Below, piece after piece: positions 32,848 to 36,735 of a DNA stretch of 36,735 nucleotides. The translations under genes were made by a program, and so were the position numbers. The stretch is from Nitrospirota bacterium (GTDB lineage: Bacteria > Nitrospirota > Thermodesulfovibrionia > UBA6902 > DSMQ01), in contig JACROO010000119.1 in the NCBI GenBank assembly GCA_016214355.1, positions 1 to 36,735 of the forward strand. The letters are read 5' to 3'. The notes beneath the pieces were generated by a model, which did not search any database, was not told the origin of the DNA, and saw nothing but the letters and a program-made list of their open reading frames with translations. Within the stretch, counting starts at the first letter, position 1. Each line of letters opens with the position of its first letter.

Positions 32848-33639
32848 ATGGAATATTTATTTGATCAGTGGGGGCAAGTCAAAAGGAAGCTAAACAATAA
32901 GCACATTGTGTTCTTTTTTGACTACGATGGGACTTTAACTCCGATTGCGGAAACTCCGCAGCAAGCGGTAATTCCTAGACAGGTGAAAGAATTGTTGAGG
33001 AAGTTATCACGAAAACCTAATTGTGCATTAGCCATTATCAGCGGGAGGGCGCTGGAAGATATAAAAGATCTCGTTAGGTTAAAAGGTATTATTTATGCCG
33101 GTAATCATGGGCTGGAAATTGAAGGCCCGAAAATTAAATTTGAAAGCCAGGTTTCACCGAGATTAAAGTCAGTTATACGCAATATTTATGAAGATATGGT
33201 TAACAAGCTTTCAAAAATCAAAGGAGTTTTAATAGAAGATAAAGGATTAGCTATCGGCGTGCACTATCGTTTGGTGGATGCAACAGATATCCAGGAGTTT
33301 TTGAACATCTTTTCCGAGATTACCGAGTCTTTTACGGTACGCGATAAGATTAAAATTAATGAAGGTAAAAAGGTGTATGAAATTAGGCCTCCGGTTGCTT
33401 GGGATAAAGGTAAAACAGTATTATGGCTTTTAGCAAGGCAGCAATTTTTAGTAGGCGAAGATAAAATTTTTCCCATCTACTTTGGGGATGATATAACCGA
33501 CGAAGACGGCTTCAGGGCATTAAAGAATAAAGGGTTAACAATATTTGTAGGCGAGCCAAAAGCCTCAGAAGCGGCTTATTATGTAAGGAATACAGAAGAG
33601 ATTACTCAGTTTATAAAGAAAGTTTTGGAGTTAGAATAG
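32848..33639 (+). CDS. otsB: trehalose-6-phosphate phosphatase (HAD family)
   Basis: Starts 4 nt after otsA. HAD motif I is FFFDYDGTLTP. ISGR, GNHG and the C-terminal GDDITDEDGF motifs are present. Confidence 0.85.
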   Translation: MEYLFDQWGQVKRKLNNKHIVFFFDYDGTLTPIAETPQQAVIPRQVKELLRKLSRKPNCALAIISGRALEDIKDLVRLKGIIYAGNHGLEIEGPKIKFESQVSPRLKSVIRNIYEDMVNKLSKIKGVLIEDKGLAIGVHYRLVDATDIQEFLNIFSEITESFTVRDKIKINEGKKVYEIRPPVAWDKGKTVLWLLARQQFLVGEDKIFPIYFGDDITDEDGFRALKNKGLTIFVGEPKASEAAYYVRNTEEITQFIKKVLELE

Positions 33640-33641
33640 CT

Positions 33642-34316
33642 ATGGCGCTAATATTAAAAGCAAAAGAGCCGTTTAGGTTTTACACACGTCTGCATTTATC
33701 AGAATTAACCGGTTTAAGAGCCACTACCTTAGATCAGCTGGTTAAGCTTATTAAGGATGTACCGGGATCTTGCATTTATCATCATACTCATAGGTTTTTG
33801 CAGCAACATCAGTTTTTTTCGCCCGAACCTCCAAACGACTTTGCCTATTGGGTTAGCGAAATATTAGGAGAGAAAGAGCTTGGCGAGCGGCTTGCAAGTA
33901 TAGATATAATGCAGTTCGCGAAAATTCATGATCTACGAGAGAGAATTATTTCAGTGATTGAAGAGTATTTAAAGGAGGGGCGTTTTGCCCAGCTTAAATT
34001 TGCCCGGGAAGGCGAAGAATTTTATTTTATAAAATCAGTGAGTTTTGTTATCCCGACAAATCACGTTGCCGACAACTTGGCAGATTTCGTTGAGATTATA
34101 AAGAAAATTACCTTTGATTCGATATATTTTCATATCTTTGAAGCGCGTCTGCGGCTTGAAAAGAAAGCAAACGACTTTTCTAACTGGATAGAGAATTCTG
34201 TTGGAAATAAGGAGCTTGCGGATGAGCTTGCGGCTTTAGATCCTTATACACGGACTCTTGATGACTTACGAAGCGCGATTATCAGCATTATCAATAAGAA
34301 ATTATTTGAGCAATGA
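33642..34316 (+). CDS. conserved hypothetical protein linked to trehalose genes (possibly DUF5752-like)
   Basis: 224-aa ORF, 2 nt after otsB and overlapping treT by 4 nt. The family assignment is only a recollection. Confidence 0.6.
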   Translation: MALILKAKEPFRFYTRLHLSELTGLRATTLDQLVKLIKDVPGSCIYHHTHRFLQQHQFFSPEPPNDFAYWVSEILGEKELGERLASIDIMQFAKIHDLRERIISVIEEYLKEGRFAQLKFAREGEEFYFIKSVSFVIPTNHVADNLADFVEIIKKITFDSIYFHIFEARLRLEKKANDFSNWIENSVGNKELADELAALDPYTRTLDDLRSAIISIINKKLFEQ

Positions 34317-35524
34317 TAAAACTTGAAGAATACATACCGATTGTAGGCCAATCCGTAATTGACGATTTAAGATTGATTGCAACCCGCCTTAAAGGCAAAA
34401 CCATACAGCACATTAACTCAACTTCTGTTGGAGGCGGAGTAGCTGAGATTCTTAGCCGTATGGTGCCTTTATTACAGGAATTAGGTGTTGGCGCGCGTTG
34501 GGATTTGATTAAGGGAGGGGAGCAGTTTTTTGAAGTTACTAAAAAATTCCATAATGCGCTGCATGGTTATCCAGGCGAAATAACAAAAAGAGACTTCGAG
34601 ATCTTCCTTGAAACAAGTCAGCAAAATATCAATGAGGTAGATACGTGCGGAAATATTGTGTTCATCCATGATCCCCAGCCGATTGCGCTGGTCAAGAGAA
34701 GACAGGGCAATAAGTGGCTTTGGCGTTGCCATGTTGATGTGTCTGATCCCAATGAAAAGGTTTGGAATTTTCTTATGGAATATATCGTGCGCTATGATGC
34801 AGCGGTATTTTCCGCTCCTAGTTTTTCGCGCAGGCTGCCGATTCGCCAGTTTCTGATTTCGCCATCAATTGATCCTTTAAGCGATAAGAATAAAGAATTG
34901 TCGCAGGAAACCATAGATAGAGTGTTGCTAAAATACCAAATTCCTAAAGATAAGCCTATTGTTACCCAGATATCGCGTTTTGACCGTTTAAAGGATCCTT
35001 TAGGAGTGATTGAAGCATACAGAGAAGTTAAAAAGTATATTAATTGCCGATTAGTTTTAGCAGGCGGCGGCGCTTCTGACGACCCAGAAGGGACAATGGT
35101 ATTTACGCAGGCGATGGAAATGGCAAAAAAAGACAAAGATATCCATGTTTTGCTTCTTCCGCAGAACGATATAGAAATCAATGCCTTGCAGCGGGCATCT
35201 ACGGTAATTATCCAGAAATCAATCCGGGAAGGCTTTGGTCTTACGGTTTCGGAGGCTCTATGGAAAGCAAAGCCGGTTGTAGCTTCTAATGTCGGTGGTA
35301 TTCCTTTACAGGTAAAACATAAATATTCTGGCCTATTATGTCATTCTATTCAGGGAGCTTCTTTCGCAATTAAGCAGCTCTTAAATAGCCCAGCATACGC
35401 GAAGAAATTAGGGGAGAATGGCAAAGAACATATTCGGAATAATTTTCTGATCACTCGGCATTTAAGGGATTATATGCTTTTGTTCCTTTCGCTATATCAT
35501 GGAGAGGATGTCGTTTATTTGTAA
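34313..35524 (+). CDS. treT: trehalose glycosyltransferring synthase, TreT-type (GT4)
   Basis: Blocks matching remembered archaeal TreT: INSTSVGGGVAEIL, FHNALHG, HDPQP, WLWRCHVD, SPSIDPLSDKN, VTQISRFD, DDPEG, NALQRAS, IREGFGLTVSEA, NFLITRH. Confidence 0.8.
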   Translation: MIKLEEYIPIVGQSVIDDLRLIATRLKGKTIQHINSTSVGGGVAEILSRMVPLLQELGVGARWDLIKGGEQFFEVTKKFHNALHGYPGEITKRDFEIFLETSQQNINEVDTCGNIVFIHDPQPIALVKRRQGNKWLWRCHVDVSDPNEKVWNFLMEYIVRYDAAVFSAPSFSRRLPIRQFLISPSIDPLSDKNKELSQETIDRVLLKYQIPKDKPIVTQISRFDRLKDPLGVIEAYREVKKYINCRLVLAGGGASDDPEGTMVFTQAMEMAKKDKDIHVLLLPQNDIEINALQRASTVIIQKSIREGFGLTVSEALWKAKPVVASNVGGIPLQVKHKYSGLLCHSIQGASFAIKQLLNSPAYAKKLGENGKEHIRNNFLITRHLRDYMLLFLSLYHGEDVVYL

Positions 35525-35536
35525 GAAGGAGATCGC

Positions 35537-35674
35537 ATGAAGCCTAGTGGTTGGATTTTTATGATTATTTCGTGGAGTTTTATTATCGGCATGCTTATAT
35601 TTTGCTATAGTCGAATATTCAGAAAAGACCTTGGCGGGGAAGATTCCAAAACATTAAAACGGCTTAGGAAATAG
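35537..35674 (+). CDS. tiny single-pass membrane protein 1 (45 aa)
   Basis: SD AAGGAG. Product is MKPSGWIFMIISWSFIIGMLIFCYSRIFRKDLGGEDSKTLKRLRK. Below the track cutoff. Confidence 0.45.
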   Translation: MKPSGWIFMIISWSFIIGMLIFCYSRIFRKDLGGEDSKTLKRLRK

Positions 35675-35683
35675 GAGGGGTTT

Positions 35684-35812
35684 GTGTCAACAAGTATATT
35701 ACAACAGTTAGGAGTTCTTGCTCTTGCAGTTTTGTTTTCGGTGTTATTTACTTCTATGAATAATAGAGAATCAAAAAATAAAAAAGAACGATTAAATAGC
35801 ATGAAAGAATAA
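35684..35812 (+). CDS. tiny single-pass membrane protein 2 (42 aa, GTG start)
   Basis: SD AGGAGGGG precedes GTG 35684. Product is MSTSILQQLGVLALAVLFSVLFTSMNNRESKNKKERLNSMKE. Confidence 0.4.
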   Translation: MSTSILQQLGVLALAVLFSVLFTSMNNRESKNKKERLNSMKE

Positions 35813-35910
35813 GAAAATGAACTAGACAGGGCAGGTGTTTGCTATGAGTATGGCAGTTACGTTTGTAGCTGCGGCATCTCCTATTTTGTTTGATTAACGA
35901 GAGGTTAAAA

Positions 35911-36033
35911 TTGGAAGACATCTTGCGTTCTTTAGCACCTATTATTGTTGTTTTAACGCTCATAATTTTCTCTGTAGCTTTTTCACATAAGATTAAAGAA
36001 GAAAATAAGCGTGATAAAGAAGATAAAAATTAA
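35911..36033 (+). CDS. tiny single-pass membrane protein 3 (40 aa, TTG start)
   Basis: GAGG lies 6 nt before TTG 35911. Product is (M)EDILRSLAPIIVVLTLIIFSVAFSHKIKEENKRDKEDKN. Confidence 0.35.
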   Translation: MEDILRSLAPIIVVLTLIIFSVAFSHKIKEENKRDKEDKN

Positions 36034-36051
36034 AAAAAGGAGAAATAAAAT

Positions 36052-36195
36052 ATGACTGGTAACTTATGGCAGGATTGGCCGGTGTATGTCCTTTTGGGAG
36101 CAGTAGTATTCTTTTTTGGGTATGTGATTATAAAAGGAAACATGCCGGATAAGCAAAGTAAGGGAAAAGATGATAATGAGGAAGTTAAGAAATAA
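36052..36195 (+). CDS. tiny single-pass membrane protein 4 (47 aa)
   Basis: SD AAAGGAG. Product is MTGNLWQDWPVYVLLGAVVFFFGYVIIKGNMPDKQSKGKDDNEEVKK. Confidence 0.45.
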   Translation: MTGNLWQDWPVYVLLGAVVFFFGYVIIKGNMPDKQSKGKDDNEEVKK

Positions 36196-36207
36196 AGAGG
36201 CGTTAAG

Positions 36208-36735
36208 ATGATTATTGTTTGGTTAAAATTTATCGTTTGTGCTGCTTTGATACTATTTGCTGGTAAGCGCGTCGCCAAATATGGAGATGCCATAGCAGAG
36301 AAAACGGGTCTGAGCGGTCTTTGGATTGGCGTGATATTGGTATCACTCGCCACAAGCCTTCCCGAATTATTTACAGGAGTGGGCAGCACAGTTTTTGTTA
36401 ATGCTCCTAATTTGACAACTGGTAATCTGTTTGGGGCGAATACCTACAATCTCATAAATATTGCTGTGTTAGATTTTATGCATAAGGGATCACCCTTATT
36501 AAGCTTAGTTTCTGCCGGGCAATTGTTAACCGCAGGATTAAGCCTTATTCCATTGACGATAGCTGCCGTTGGAATATTTCTAAGCCATCAATTTCCACAG
36601 TTAGCTTTTGCAAATATTAGCCTTTTTAGTATTTTAATTCTTGCTTCGTATCTTATTTGCGTAAGAATTATTTTTGGGTTTGAGCAAAAGCAACAGCAAA
36701 TTCTTAAAGAGCTACGCAAAGAAGAAAAAATTTTA
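36208..36735 (+). CDS. CaCA-family (Na+/Ca2+ exchanger-type) cation antiporter, 5' partial
   Basis: SD AAGAGG. The frame is open to the window end (176 codons) and is absent from the ORF track because it has no stop. Alpha-repeat motif is GVILVSLATSLPELFTG. Several TM segments. Confidence 0.75.
   Translation, partial: MIIVWLKFIVCAALILFAGKRVAKYGDAIAEKTGLSGLWIGVILVSLATSLPELFTGVGSTVFVNAPNLTTGNLFGANTYNLINIAVLDFMHKGSPLLSLVSAGQLLTAGLSLIPLTIAAVGIFLSHQFPQLAFANISLFSILILASYLICVRIIFGFEQKQQQILKELRKEEKIL

Noticed and set aside
11439-34856. Nested + strand alternative-frame ORFs: 11439-11636, 12618-12872, 20210-20407, 24955-25170, 27000-27212, 34656-34856. Also the long upstream starts 2642, 3246, 5111, 22739, 26804 and 27819.
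   Set aside because: The nested ORFs are embedded out of frame in well-supported genes. For the long starts, an internal ATG that abuts or overlaps the previous stop (ATGA/TAATG) or follows an SD gives a better gene model.
4983-35181. All other minus-strand track ORFs: 4983-5225, 5405-5798, 7944-8226, 9114-9486, 10028-10222, 10688-10996, 11173-12097, 13727-14041, 14503-14736, 15252-15464, 15698-15886, 16442-16775, 17730-18108, 21411-21998, 22967-23504, 24252-24458, 25091-25697, 26302-26723, 27364-27783, 28845-29036, 29740-30438, 30789-31441, 31821-32033, 33264-33476, 34481-35181.
   Set aside because: Each lies antisense to a + strand gene with recognisable motifs or strong synteny. None has an SD, and their sequences are Ser/Arg/Leu-rich in the way typical of antisense frames.
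35605-36389. Minus-strand track ORFs 35605-35802, 35754-35963 and 36030-36389.
   Set aside because: They are low-complexity, Phe/Leu/Ile/Asn-rich translations of AT-rich DNA with no SD. The + strand offers four SD-preceded small membrane ORFs and a clear CaCA antiporter (GxSLPE motif) over the same DNA.
1-36735. Looked for CRISPR arrays, tRNA/rRNA genes, IS elements, reverse transcriptases (retron/DGR) and known defence-system enzymes such as cyclases, nucleases or helicases.
   Set aside because: I saw no repeat-spacer periodicity, no cloverleaf-capable segment in any intergenic region, no transposase or RT motifs (e.g. YxDD), and no candidate defence ORFs. Absence is by eye only and should be confirmed with tRNAscan, Infernal and defence-finder tools.

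Overview
Every convincing gene in this window is on the + strand. It splits into two parts.

(1) Positions 1 to about 23,750 are the right-hand portion of a tailed, siphovirus-like prophage.
- Early and replication end: small ORFs, an HTH replication-type protein, and a ParB-domain/DNA-methyltransferase fusion.
- Lambda-ordered packaging and head module: small terminase, GpA-type large terminase, gpW-like joining protein, lambda-family portal, prohead protease/scaffold, DUF2190-type decoration protein, major capsid protein.
- Head-tail connectors, major tail protein, a G/GT chaperone pair with a canonical A_AAA_AAC -1 slippery site, and a tape measure.
- A gene-transfer-agent-like distal tail: DUF2460-like, BR0599-type, then a 1360-aa NlpC/P60 + hydrophobic segment + gpJ-like host-specificity fusion.
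- A cassette of small membrane proteins follows.
- An unusual ~2.3 kb insertion sits between the terminase and gpW/portal. It carries its own promoter-hairpin-terminator leader, a six-bladed Kelch-type propeller protein and three unknown proteins.

(2) Positions about 23,800 to 36,735 look like host chromosome of a diderm bacterium.
- Envelope operon: OmpR-type response regulator, HAMP histidine kinase, a CheY-like receiver, OmpA-LysM, and stand-alone PG_binding_1 proteins.
- Second operon: OmpA/MotB-like lipoprotein, a membrane sensor-HAMP-trehalose-6-phosphate synthase fusion, OtsB, an unknown protein, a TreT-type trehalose synthase, four tandem tiny single-pass membrane protein genes, and a partial CaCA (Na+/Ca2+ exchanger-type) antiporter.

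The most interesting signal is a leader element present twice, at about 23,848-23,940 and 29,453-29,543, one copy ahead of each host operon.
- Both copies share an invariant 21-mer that encodes the start of a mini-ORF (MVGPPS).
- Both have an SD-sequestering hairpin and an intrinsic terminator, built from different, compensating sequence in the two copies.
- I could not match it to any riboswitch or attenuator class I know.

No tRNA, rRNA, CRISPR array, integrase or transposase was seen. All domain calls come from reading motifs by eye; no database search was possible.
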